A stretch of 64,000 nucleotides of DNA from Ylistrum balloti. Lineage: Eukaryota. The stretch covers positions 682,001-746,000 of the forward strand of contig NW_026782140.1 in the NCBI RefSeq assembly GCF_031769215.1, read 5' to 3'. The notes under the pieces were generated by a model. That model was given only the letters and a program-made list of their open reading frames with translations, searched no databases and had not been told where the DNA came from. Shown here in pieces: positions 51,320-64,000 of the stretch. The translations under genes were made by a program, and so were the position numbers. Numbering within the stretch: the stretch's first letter is position 1; every line of letters begins with the position of its first letter.

Positions 51320-51505
51320 GTACCGTAACAGGTAGGGCTTTCATATTTGGCATGTTTGGTCCTGTGACAAGACCTTTCCGGTGACACCAAAATTTTTCAC
51401 CATGTCACCTTGACCATGATCTTTCACCTACATTTGAAAAAAATAAACGTTGACAACAACTATTGAAACACCGGGGGCATAGTGTTTCATAAGCACATCT
51501 TGTTT
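51320..51505. mobile_element. Short fragment of an abundant non-autonomous element (caccttgacc...gggggcatagtgtttcataagcacatcttgttt end)
   Basis: Resembles the end of HINE-like bivalve repeats. Inference. Confidence 0.4.
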
Positions 51506-51804
51506 ATCGTTGTTATTCACTTCATTTCCTGTAAATAAACATAAGTGGGACAATATATATATAAGGAAAACTAAACTGCAATTAGTTTCTGAACTGTGGG
51601 CTGCATGCATACCAACAAAAATAAATCAGATACAAAGTTAAGGTAAAATCACTTTCAAACGACGGACATTACCACGGTATCACAATGAGATGACACGTGT
51701 CACGGCGAGGTCCAAATCACATACTTTTTGGTTAGACTGACCTGACTGTCAGTTGGAAGCTGTTCCGGTGAGTGGCAAAACAATAACTGACCGTCCTTTA
51801 GGTG

Positions 51805-54140
51805 AGGTGACTATCAGATGACAGACGTTACAGGGAGATGACTATCAGATGAGAGACGTTACAGTGAGGTGACTATCAGATGACAGACGTTACAGCGAGG
51901 TGACAATCAGATGACAGACGTTACAATGAGATTGCTATCAGATGACAGACGTTACTGTGAGATGACTATCAGATGACGGACGTTACATCGAGATGACTAT
52001 CAGATGACAGACGTTACAATGAGATTGCTATCAGATGACAGACGTTACTGTGAGATGACTATCAGATGACAGACCTTACAGTGAGGTGAATATCAGACAA
52101 CGGACGTTACATTGAGATTGCTATCAGATGACAGACGTTACAGTAAGGTGACTATAAGATGACAGACGTTACAGCGAGGTGACTATCAGATGACAGACGT
52201 TACAGTGAGATGACTATCAGATGACAGACGTTACAGTGAGGTGACTATCAGATGACAGACGTTACTGTAAGGTGACTATAAGATGACAGACTTTGTAGTA
52301 AGGTGACTATCAGATGACAGACGTTACAGTGAGGTGACAATCAGATGAGAGACGTTACAGTGAGGTGACTATCAGATGACAGACGTTACAGTGAGATGAC
52401 TATCAGATGACAGACGTTACAGCGAGGTGACTATCAGATGACAGACGTTACAGTGGGGTGACTATCAGATGACAGACGTCACAGTGAGATGACTATCAGA
52501 TGACAGACGTTGTAGTGAGGTGACTATCAGATGACAGACGTTGTAGTGAGGTGACTATAAGATGACAGACGTTACAGTGAGATGACTATCAGATGACGAA
52601 CGTTACAGTGAGATGACTATCAGATGACAGACCTTTCAGTGAGGTGAATATCAGACAACGGTCGTTACATTGAGATTGCTATCAGATGACAGACGTTACA
52701 GTAAGGTGACTATAAGATGACAGACGTTACAGCGAGGTGACTATCAAATGACAGACGTTACAGTGAGATGACTATCAGATGACAGACGTTACAGTGAGGT
52801 GACTATCAGATGACAGACGTTACTGAAAGGTGACTATAAGATGACAGACTTTGTAGTGAGGTGACTATAAGATGACCGACGTTGTAGTAAGGTGACTATC
52901 AGATGACAGACGTTACAGTGAGGTGACAATCAGATGAGAGACGTTACAGTGAGATGACTATCAGATGACAGACGTTACAGTGAGATGACTATCAGATGAC
53001 AGACGTTACAGTGGGGTGACTATCAGATGACAGACGTCACAGTGAGGTGACAATCAGATGAGAGACTTTACTGTGAGATGAGAATCAGATGACAGACGTT
53101 ACAGTGAGGTGACTATCAGATGACAGACGTTACTGAAAGGTGACTATAAGATGACAGACTTTGTAGTGAGGTGACTATAAGATGACCGACGTTGTAGTAA
53201 GGTGACTATCAGATGACAGACGTTACAGTGAGGTGACAATCAGATGAGAGACGTTACAGTGAGATGACTATCAGATGACAGACGTTACAGTGAGATGACT
53301 ATCAGATGACAGACGTTACAGTGGGGTGACTATCAGATGACAGACGTCACAGTGAGGTGACAATCAGATGAGAGACTTTACTGTGAGATGAGAATCAGAT
53401 GAGAGACGTTAAAGTGAGATGACTATCAGATGACAGACGTTACTGAAAGGTGACTATAAGATGACAGACTTTGTAGTGAGGTGACAGTAGTAAGGTGACT
53501 ATCAGATGACAGACGTTACAGTGAGGTGACAATCAGATGAGAGACGTTACAGTGAGATGACTATCAGATGACAGACGTTACAGTGAGATGACTATCAGAT
53601 GACAGACGTTAAAGCGAGGTGACTATCAGATGACAGACGTTACAGTGGGGTGACTATCAGATGACAGACGTCACAGTGAGGTGACAATCAGATGAGAGAC
53701 TTTACTGTGAGATGAGAATCAGATGAGAGACGTTAAAGTGAGATGACTATAAGATGACAGACGTTACAGTGAGGTGACTATCAGATGACAGACGTCACAG
53801 TGAGATGACTATCAGATGAGAGACGTCACAGTGAGATGACTATCAGATGACAGACGTTACAGCGAGGTGACTATCAGATGACAGACGTTACAGTGAGGTG
53901 ACTATCAGATGACAGACGTTGTAGTGAGGTGACTATCAGATGAGAGACGTCACAGTGAGATGACTATCAGATGAGAGACGTTACAGTGAGATGACTATCA
54001 GATGACAGACGTTACAGCAAGGTGACTATCAGATGACAGACATTACAGTGAGGTGACTATCAGATGAGAGACGTTACAGTGAGGTGACTATCAGATGACA
54101 GACGTCACAGTGAGATGACTATCATATGGTGATATGACTG
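51805..54140. repeat. 31-bp satellite, about 75 copies, with higher-order structure
   Basis: Unit gtgaggtgactatcagatgacagacgttaca. Diagnostic variants recur at 310-bp and 558-bp spacing. Confidence 0.96.
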
Positions 54141-56837
54141 TCAGATGACCAACGATTCATCCAGGATACTAAACGGTTTCCCGTTTAATATAGTTTATTT
54201 TTCGCTATAATTCCGTGTTTTCCATTGTCCAGATGCGACACTCGACACAGTATAAAAAGTTGTACAAGAACATTGTGAACTGGATGATTCCATTTATTGA
54301 TTTGGTTTTTGAGATATATTGTTAACATAACAACAATGACTGTTTCTATACGGTTTTTTCTTCGTCTACTTATGGAAGTAAGACGCTGACGGTCGGGGTT
54401 AACTGTCAATATAAAACAGGCTGATATGACAGCCAGACAGCATTTTATTGTGATTGTAGATAACTTTCAAAATATGAACAGGGAATTAAAAATTGTATTT
54501 ATGTAGGTAAATCTATATAAGTGAATTCATGATTTTATCGCAGGAACCAAGAATAAATTTAAAAGTAAAAGCAAATAAAAAATGCCGAACCAAACATAAG
54601 GTAAAAAATTCATAATTAATTGCGCGTTTTTGACGTTTTTACCATTGCATGCTGTTATGTGGTGAGAATTGCTTACAAAATAGTTTTTGTATACCAAATT
54701 CGAGAAAACCAGAGATGTACAAGGGACTTGTTTGATGAATAACCACTCATTTTAACAATTCCTTTATTTACGTCCAAACAGGAAAATTGACGAATTTAGT
54801 GACTGGAAAGCATCACTCTTGTTTTGTCAAAATTACGAAAGTGTTGTCTCACACTGGAACAGTGATGATGTAAGCTTTTATCAAAATGATAAATTAGGAT
54901 AGATGTGATAGAATGGGGTTACTATGACTTATGTTATAGTAAGGTAACTCAGAAGTCTTTAAATTTGCACATCAACGACATTATATTTAAGGTTACCTAT
55001 GTTACATCAGTATTCTGGTTATAGAAACGGCAACAGTTCGTCTTCAAAATGGTTGTTCCCCTTGATTGGTTCAAATGTCGATGATCAATATTTTTTAAAG
55101 CTTAAACCAAGGTTTAATTGGAATGAAACAGTACCGCACATTATCGCCTAGTATTGACATCCGATTGGTGTTCAAAATGACCACCACAAGGATTATATTC
55201 ATTGGACTATGGTAAGATACGTACACATGTAATCTAGTTTGTAAAATATTTTTACATTAATGTAAAATAAGATATGTTTACCAAAACTCCGGTGTATAAA
55301 GAAATGGTTGTTTACTACAAGGTAAAAAGCGAAGCAATCAAATCTTGTCATTCAAGTCTGGTCAAAGTTAAAATTGGACACAAGTCGACCAGTCCTGAGA
55401 GCTATGTTACAGCATTGCACTTTTCCTGTAACTAATACAAGACATGAACATTGTTTATACTTTGCCGACAAAGATATCTGTGATCTGTGAGGAACGGGGA
55501 ACGAGCAATGATCAACTACGTGTTGGAATCAACTACTCCTTATTCCACCCAGCACTCGTTCAGATGGGTTTGACGCTGCCGACAAGGAATTATAAGAAGT
55601 ATGCACAGAACTATTAAGTCTGACATGAATTGAAATCATAGTCTGGTTGTAAGTAATCTAAGTAATTGCAAAAATAAACGAATATCGTTAAGTGATTTCA
55701 ATCTTTGTTTTCATATATCTTTTGATGTATATTTGCCTGGACGTCCGTAACTGTAGCGATAGTCTACGTCACTTCGTGGTAATGATGACGTTGACGTCAT
55801 CTATTTTGAAAAGTCGGTAGACCCAGCGGCAGGCTGTTGTGATTATTGTGTAGGTCTTAAGTACAGGCCGAAACACGACTATTGTTTTGGTTATTATTGA
55901 AAACACCACCAAGCGACGGAAAGGCTCGCCACAGCAGCAGACCGGAGCCGAGGGTAGGGGAGACGCTGTAATCACATAGACACTTTGTTTACAACGAGTG
56001 TCTGTGCGGGGATAACTTTGATGATCGACTGCCCAACTATCTGTGTTAGGTAGACAAAGTTGCACCCGCCGACCCTGCCGCCACAGGAGCAGGCCAAAGA
56101 ATGCGAGACAAGGCACCATCAGGAAGTCGACGTGTCGGTGTGGTGTCTGTAAAGGTCAATTGCTCTTCTTAAATGACATGGAGTAAAAACAGAAGCGACT
56201 TGATTGGAGAAGAATCAAGGAATATATATTTCCAACATTAACAATAAACTTATACGCAATAAATATTACATATAGTTCTATGTCTGTGTCTGGAGTGATT
56301 CTCATATTAATACGTAATATGTCTGAATCGTACAATATACCGTGAATATCGAGTTGATCCTGTAACACTACAATAAATGACTGATCGATTAATTAACTCG
56401 TGGACAAATTACTGCTCCAATGTATTTTGATGACGGGTGTGTTAGAGGTCTGATACGATGATATTACTGATGAAGACGACACGTCTCGATGTTACGAAGG
56501 TGTAAAAGTTTCTCAAGAATGATGGCAATGAGTGCGTGCTTCACGAAAGTATGGAAACACATGCATGCGAAAATAAAGAAGCAAAAGAAAAAGAGAAGGA
56601 TTAGAAGGGTACTATATCTATATTGAATGATTGATATAACAGATTTGTACAAATGCTAAAAGTCTGTACATATTATTCATTTGAATTCTGGAATAGCTCA
56701 TAATGTCTAAACATTATCCATCCAATCCTATTGTCATTACAATGTCGGTCACTGTTGTTTTTCTCTCTTTTCATAGGTCTTATGTTGTTCAAATAAAGAT
56801 CCGATATACAAGCATGCAACCAACTAATTCTACAACG

Positions 56838-57430
56838 AACATTAGATTGGTGTTATGTGACGTCATGGGGGATGTTTGATTGGTGTTATGTGACGTCATG
56901 AAAAATGTTAGATTGGTGTTATGTTACGTCATAACGAATGTTTGATTTGTGTTATGTTACGTCATGACAAATGTTGATAGGTGTTTTGTTACGTCATGAC
57001 GAATGTTTGATTGGTGTTATGTTACGTCATGACGAATGTTTGATAGGTGTTTTGTTACGTCATGACGAATGTTTGATTGGTGTTATGTTACGTCATGACG
57101 AATGTTTGATTGGTGTTATGTTACGTCATGGGGGATGTTTGATTGGTGTTATGTTACGTCATGACGAATGTTTGATTGGTGTTATGTTACGTCATGACCA
57201 ATGTTTGATTGGTGTTATGTTACGTTATGACGAATGTTTGATTGGTGTTATGTTACGTCATGACCAATGTTTGATAGGTGTTTTGTTACGTCATGACGAA
57301 TGTTTGATTGGTGTTATGTTACGTCATGACGAATGTTTGATTGGTGTTATGTTACGTCATGGGGGATGTTTGATTGGTGTTATGTTACGTCATGACGAAT
57401 GTTTGATTGGTGTTATGTTATGTCATGATG
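56838..57430. repeat. 33-bp tandem repeat, about 18 copies
   Basis: Unit gattggtgttatgttacgtcatgacgaatgttt. Confidence 0.96.
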
Positions 57431-57639
57431 TACTTCATCAACAATGAAGGAGTTAGTAGTATTTTGAAACTGAAACATAAATGGGTACGATGTCAGTGAA
57501 AATCATCACCTAACATCATGATAATTCTTGTTTAGTCCTGTAGACAAGATTGTTGTAAAGTTAACGTATCCTTGTAGATGTCATTGAGAATATCTTTATT
57601 TATCGCTATATCAATTTCCTACTTATACATCACAATTAT

Positions 57640-59585
57640 CCTGTAGACGTCTTTGTTTGGTTGTAGACATCACTGTTAACCTGTAAACGTCTTTGTTGGA
57701 TTTTAGACAACACTGTTAACCTGTAGACGTCTTTGTTTGGTTGTAGACATCACTGTTATCCTGTAGACGTCTTTGTTTGGTTGTAGACATCACTGTTATC
57801 CTGTAGACGTCTTTGTTTGGTTGTAGACATCACTGTTATCCTGTAGACGTCTTTGTTTGGTTGTAGACATCACTGTTAACCTGTAGACGTCTTTGTTGGA
57901 TTGTAGACATCACTGTTATCCTGTAGACGTCTTTGTTTGGTTGTAGACATCACTGTTATCCTGTAGACGTCTTTGTTTGGTTGTAGACATCACTGTTATC
58001 CTGTAGACGTCTTTGTTGGATTTAAGACATCACTGTTAACCTGTAGACGTCTTTGTTTGGTTGTAGACATCACTGTTAACCTGTAGACGTCTTTGTTTGG
58101 TTGTAGACATCACTGTTATCCTGTAGACGTCTTTGTTTGGTTGAAGACATCACTGTTATCCTGTAGACGTCATTGTTGGATTTTAGACATCACTGTTATC
58201 CTGTAGACGTCATTGTTGTATTGTAGACATCACTGTTATCCTGTAGACGTCTTTGTTTGGTTGTAGACATCACTGTTATCATGTAGATGTCTTTGTTTGG
58301 TTGTAGACATACCTGTTAACCTGTAGACGTCTTTGTTGTATTGTAGACATCACTGTTATCATGTAGACGTCTTTGTTTGGTTGTAGACATCACTGTTATC
58401 CTGTAGACGTCTTTGTTTGGTTATAGACATCACTGTTATCATGTAGACGTCTTTGTTTGGTTGTAGACATCACTGTTATCCTGTAGACGTCTTTGTTTGG
58501 TTGTAGACATCACTGTTAACCTGTAGACGTCTTTGTTTGGTTGTAGACATCACTGTTATCCTGTAGACGTCTTTGTTTGGTTGTAGACATCACTGTTATC
58601 CTGTAGACGTCTTTGTTTGGTTGTAGACATCACTGTTAACCTGTAGACGTCTTTGTTTGGTTGTAGACATCACTGTTATCCTGTAGACGTCTTTGTTTGG
58701 TTGTAGACATCACTGTTATCCTGTAGACGTCTTTGTTTGGTTGTAGACATCACTGTTATCCTGTAGATGTCTTTGTTGGATTGTAGACATCACTGTTAAC
58801 CTGTAGACGTCTTTGTTTGGTTGTAGACATCACTGTTATCCTGTAGACGTCTTTGTTTGGTTGTAGACATCACTGTTATCCTGTAGACGTCTTTGTTTGA
58901 TGAGACATCACTGTTATCCTGTAGATGTCTTTATTTGGCTGTAGACATCACTGTTATCCTGTAGACGTCTTTGTTTGGTTGTAGACATCACTGTTATCCT
59001 GTAGACGTCTTTGTTTGTTTGTAGACATCACGGTTATCCTGTAGACGTCTTTGTTTGGTTGTAGACATCACTGTTATCCTGTAGACGTCTTTGTTTGTTT
59101 GTAGACATCACTGTTATCCTGTAGACGTCTTTATTTGGTTGTAGACATCACTGTTATCCTGTAGACGTCTTTGTTTGGTTGTAGACATCACTGTTAACCT
59201 GTAGACGTCTTTGTTTGGTTGTAGACATCACTGTTATCCTGTAGACGTCTTTGTTTGGTTGTAGACATCACTGTTATCCTGTAGACGTCTTTGTTGGATT
59301 GTAGACATCACTGTTAACCTGTAGACGTCTTTGTTTGGTTGTAGACATCACTGTTATCCTGTAGACGTCTTTGTTTGATGAGACATCACTGTTATCCTGT
59401 AGATGTCTTTATTTGGCTGTAGACATCACTGTTATCCTGTAGACGTCTTTGTTTGGTTGTAGACATCACTGTTATCCTGTAGACATCTTTGTTTGGTTGT
59501 AGACATCACTATTATCCTGTAGATGTCTTTGTTTGGTTGTAGACATCACTGTTATCCTGTAGATGTCTTTGTTTGGTTGTAGACA
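57640..59585. repeat. 40-bp (20+20 dimeric) satellite, about 48 copies
   Basis: Unit gtagacgtctttgtttggtt-gtagacatcactgttatcct. Confidence 0.96.
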
Positions 59586-60607
59586 TACCTGTTGACTTAT
59601 GGAGACTTTCTGTATTGTTGTAGACATACCTGTTGACTTATGGAGACTTTCTGTATTGTTGTAGACATTTCCGTCCAACAGGTATTTCAGACTTTGAATT
59701 ATTGAGAAATTCATTGCTTACATACACGTCACGTTCTCGTCAGAGTTTAGATATAAATTGAGCATTATTTTTCATCAACATGTATGAAATTCTGAGCAAA
59801 CAAACTTGACCGAAATACAAGTGTACAATACAGTGGGGAGGTCAGCGGCGCTATATTAATTATGACTGCTGATAGCTATAGTATCCGAGTTATGAGCCCG
59901 TCTATTGTACGATCGGGTCTTAACGGACAATCTGACGCCACTGAACGGATAGGTGCAGTAGACAGGCAAAGGTAGAAACACATTGGTAGATACGTATAGA
60001 ATTATATATAACAGGGTATGTATACTTTTATACTACACTCAAGTGAAGATACGGTCGTCGTTCCAGTAAAAGTGTCATTCCCGTTCAACATCATGAAAAC
60101 CTTTATCGGTAAACATGTCTTTTAGTTTGAGATAATTGTATATAGATAAAATAATCTATTCAATACATCATCAATGCGTTTATGAATTCAACACAAGAAT
60201 ACTCTTTTGAAAAGTGGACATTCAGCCGAAATTGATAAAACATGGTGTTCCGTAAAGGTTTTCTGTATTACATCACGTTTCTCAAAATGACAGCCGGAGT
60301 TTGACAATGGGCCTATTCGTCATACTGACGAGCAACACATACGTTATATCTCATTCTACAAACAAAAGCAGTTTCCCGAGATCATGGTGACTACGACAAA
60401 AACTTTTTTCGAAATCCCAAGTTGTATTTTTATCCAGCGGCAATCGACTCATTTCAAAGAAACTATAACGATGTATATCAGTCCTTGAAAACTCGAATCT
60501 TGGGTGGCACGACAATTCATTTGGTAAGGAGAATATTACGTATATTCACCGAGATTTCCCGGCACCTCCGAGTCACAACTTTATTACTGATAGTATTGAT
60601 GATTCGT

Positions 60608-61362
60608 GGAAGTAGAGAGGTGTATGTTGGAAGTAGAGAGGTATATGTTGGAAGTAGAGAGGTATATGTTGGAAGTAGAGAGGTATATGTTGGAAGTAGA
60701 GAGGTATATGTTGGAAGTAGAGAGGTATATGTTGGAAGTAGAGAGGTATATGTTGGAAGTAGAGAGGTATATGTTGGAAGTAGAGTGGTATATGTTGGAG
60801 AGGTATATGTTGGAAGTAGAGAGGTATATGTTGGAAGTAGAGAGGTATATGTTGGAAGTAGAGAGGTATATGTTGGAAGTAGAGAGGTATATGTTGGAAG
60901 TAGAGAGGTATATGTTGGAAGTAGAGAGGTATATGTTGGAAGTAGAGAGGTATATGTTGGAAGTAGAGAGGTATATGTTGGAAGTAGAGAGGTATATGTT
61001 GGAAGTAGAGAGGTATATGTTGGAAGTAGAGAGGTATATGTTGGAAGTAGAGAGGTATATGTTGGAAGTAGAGAGGTATATGTTGGAAGTAGAGAGGTGT
61101 ATGTTGGAAGTAGAGAGGTATATGTAGGAAGTAGAGAGGTATATGTTGGAAGTAGAGAGGTATATGTTGGAAGTAGAGAGGTATATGTTGGAAGTAGAGA
61201 GGTATATGTTGGAGAGGTATATGTTGGAAGTAGAGAGGTATATGTTGGAAGTAGAGAGGTATATGTTGGAGAGGTATATGTTGGAAGTAGAGAGGTATAT
61301 GTTGGAAGTAGAGAGGTATATGTTGGAAGTAGAGAGGTATATGTTGGAGAGGTATATGTTTG
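60608..61362. repeat. 21-bp tandem repeat, about 36 copies
   Basis: Unit ggaagtagagaggtatatgtt, with occasional deletion units. It causes the GSREVYV, LEVERYM and STSNIYL pseudo-ORFs. Confidence 0.97.
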
Positions 61363-61754
61363 AAGTACAGTGGTATTTCAAGAAGACTCCAATGTTCACA
61401 AAGAACAGGTTTGCAAAAGCTTGTAATATTTATTACACAGATGAAGATAAGGTTATTAGTGTAACGGTGATATTTCTATATGATTGTACCTACTTTCAGA
61501 TGTGAAACATGTCAGTTTCATAAAATGGAACTGAGGAAATTACTCGTATGATGAATAGGTCCATAGGGATAGCACTCAGTCGCCGACAGCAAGACGAATT
61601 TTCTGTCGGATCTTAATTTCGAATGATATATATATAAGACCAGTTTGACCGCTATTGAAAGTCATAACAGCTAGATCTGGTAACCATCCACTAAATAATT
61701 GTTTAATTCGTCAAGGCAATTACATAATGTCTGACATCATGGATAAGTTTGGTT

Positions 61755-64000
61755 AAAATGTCGGACATCAGGATTAAGTTATAATCAGCTCATCGTGAAT
61801 AGATGTCGGACATCGGGATTAAGTTATAATCATTTCATCGTTATTAAATGTCGGACATCAGGATTAAGTTATAATCATTTCATCGTTATTAAATGTCGGA
61901 CATCAGGATTAAGTTATAATCATTTCATCGTAGATAGATGACGGACATCAGGATTAAGTTATAATCATTTCATCGTTATTAAATGTCGGACATCAGGATT
62001 AAGTTATAATCATTTCATCGTTATTAAATGTCGGACATCAGGATTAAGTTATAATCATTTCATCGTTATTAAATGTCGGACATCAGGATTAAGTTATAAT
62101 CATTTCATCGTTATTAAATGTCGGACATCAGGATTAAGTTATAATCATTTCATCGTAGATAGATGACGGACATCAGGATTAAGTTATAATCATTTCATCG
62201 TTATTAAATGTCGGACATCAGGATTAAGTTATAATCATTTCATCGTTATTAAATGTCGGACATCAGGATTAAGTTATAATCATTTCATCGTTATTAAATG
62301 TCGGACATCAGGATTAAGTTATAATCATTTCATCGTAGATAGATGACGGACATCAGGATTAAGTTATAATCAGTTCATCGTAGATAGATGACGGACATCA
62401 GGATTAAGTTATAATCATAGATGTCGGACATCAGGATTAAGTTATAATCAGTTCATCGTAGATAAATGTCGGACATCAGGATTAAGTTATAATCATTTCA
62501 TCGTAGATAGATGACGGACATCAGGATTAAGTTATAATCATTTCATCGTAGATAAATGTCGGACATCAGGATTAAGTTATAATCATTTCATCGTAGATAG
62601 ATGACGGACATCAGGATTAAGTTATAATCATTTCATCGTAGATAGATGACGGACATCAGGATTAAGTTATAATCATTTCATCGTAGATAAATGTCGGACA
62701 TCAGGATTAAGTTATAATCATTTCATCGTAGATAGATGACGGACATCAGGATTAAGTTATAATCATTTCATCGTAGATAGATGACGGACATCAGGATTAA
62801 GTTATAATCAGTTCATCGTGGATAGATGACGGACATCAGGATTAAGTTATAATCATTTCATCGTAGATAGATGACGGACATCAGGATTAAGTTATAATCA
62901 TTTCATCGTAGATAGATGACGGACATCAGGATTAAGTTATAATCATTTCATCGTGGATAGATGACGGACATCAGGATTAAGTTATAATCATTTCATCGTG
63001 GATAGATGACGGACATCAGGATTAAGTTATAATCAGTTCATCGCAGATAAATGTCGGACATCAGGATTAAGTTATAATCAGTTCATCGTGAATAAATGTC
63101 GGACATCAGGATTAAGTTATAATCAGTTCATCGTAGATAGATGACGGACATCAGGATTAAGTTATAATCATTTCATCGTGGATAGATGACGGACATCAGG
63201 ATTAAGTTATAATCATTTCATCGTGGATAGATGACGGACATCAGGATTAAGTTATAATCAGTTCATCGCAGATAAATGTCGGACATCAGGATTAAGTTAT
63301 AATCAGTTCATCGCAGATAAATGTCGGACATCAGGATTAAGTTATAATCAGTTCATCGTGAATAAATGTCGGACATCAGGATTAAGTTATAATCAGTTCA
63401 TCGCAGATAGATGACGGACATCAGGATTAAGTTATGATCATTTCATCGTAGATAGATGTCGGACATCAGGATTAAGTTATAATCAGTTCATCGTGAATAA
63501 ATGTCGGACATCAGGATTAAGTTATGATCATTTCATCGTAGATAGATGACGGACATCAGGATTAAGTTATAATCAGTTCATCGTGAATAGATGACGGACA
63601 TCAGGATTAAGTTATAATCAGTTCATCGTGGATAGATGTCGGACATCAGGATTAAGTTATAATCATTTCATCGTGGATAGATGACGGACATCAGGATTAA
63701 GTTATAATCATTTCATCGTGGATAAATGTCGGACATCAGGATTAAGTTATAATCATTTCATCGTGGATAGATGACGGACATCAGGATTAAGTTATAATCA
63801 TTTCATCGTGGATAGATGACGGACATCAGGATTAAGTTATAATCATTTCATCGTGGATAAATGTCGGACATCAGGATTAAGTTATAATCAGTTCATCGTG
63901 AATAGATGACGGACATCAGGATTAAGTTATGATCATTTCATCGTGGATAGATGACGGACATCAGGATTAAGTTATAATCATTTCATCGTGGATAGATGAC
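61755..64000. repeat. 45-bp satellite, about 50 copies, running off the right edge
   Basis: Unit gacggacatcaggattaagttataatcatttcatcgtagatagat. Confidence 0.97.

Noticed and set aside
60422-61505. GSREVYV / LEVERYM / STSNIYL ORFs, and a possible exon ending at the ttg|gtaagg donor at 60524 (RDHGDYDKNFFRNPKLYFYP...)
   Set aside because: The repeat ORFs come from the 21-bp array. The unique upstream part has an in-frame stop just before it, only a weak acceptor and no recognisable homology.
41524-64000. Regularly spaced 31-45 bp repeats resembling CRISPR arrays
   Set aside because: Units are head-to-tail with no unique spacers, there are no cas genes, and the context is a spliceosomal eukaryotic genome.

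Overview
AT-rich, intron-containing animal DNA. Gene content and repeat style suggest a mollusc, probably a bivalve (inferred, not proven). No prokaryotic features, CRISPR array, tRNA or rRNA were found. Five protein-coding genes were reconstructed by hand, several from exons the ORF track misses. (1) PSMA6, minus strand, coding exons 4511-4436 and 2127-2033, continuing off the left edge. (2) SLC35B2/PAPST1, plus strand, exons 5008-5036 (candidate), 10449-10678 and 11238-12349. (3) PRORP/MRPP3 (protein-only mitochondrial RNase P), minus strand, six coding exons from 26683 to 19442, about 542 aa. (4) An intronless BTB-BACK-degenerate-Kelch gene, 30545-32608. (5) A Gremlin-type DAN-family BMP antagonist, 48388-49008. 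The left ~39 kb is a CpG-poor housekeeping block with two divergent promoters. The right ~25 kb is CpG-richer and more than half tandem repeat around gremlin. The most interesting signal is the PSMA6-SLC35B2-PRORP order. It merges two separate human neighbourhoods (PRORP-PSMA6-NFKBIA and NFKBIE-SLC35B2) and predicts an IkappaB gene just left of the window. Other notable signals are a divergent PRORP active site, a possible degron on the BTB protein, a HIRAN-carrying transposon remnant, satellites whose origin and succession can be read from the sequence, and a satellite built from CCAAT plus CRE motifs.
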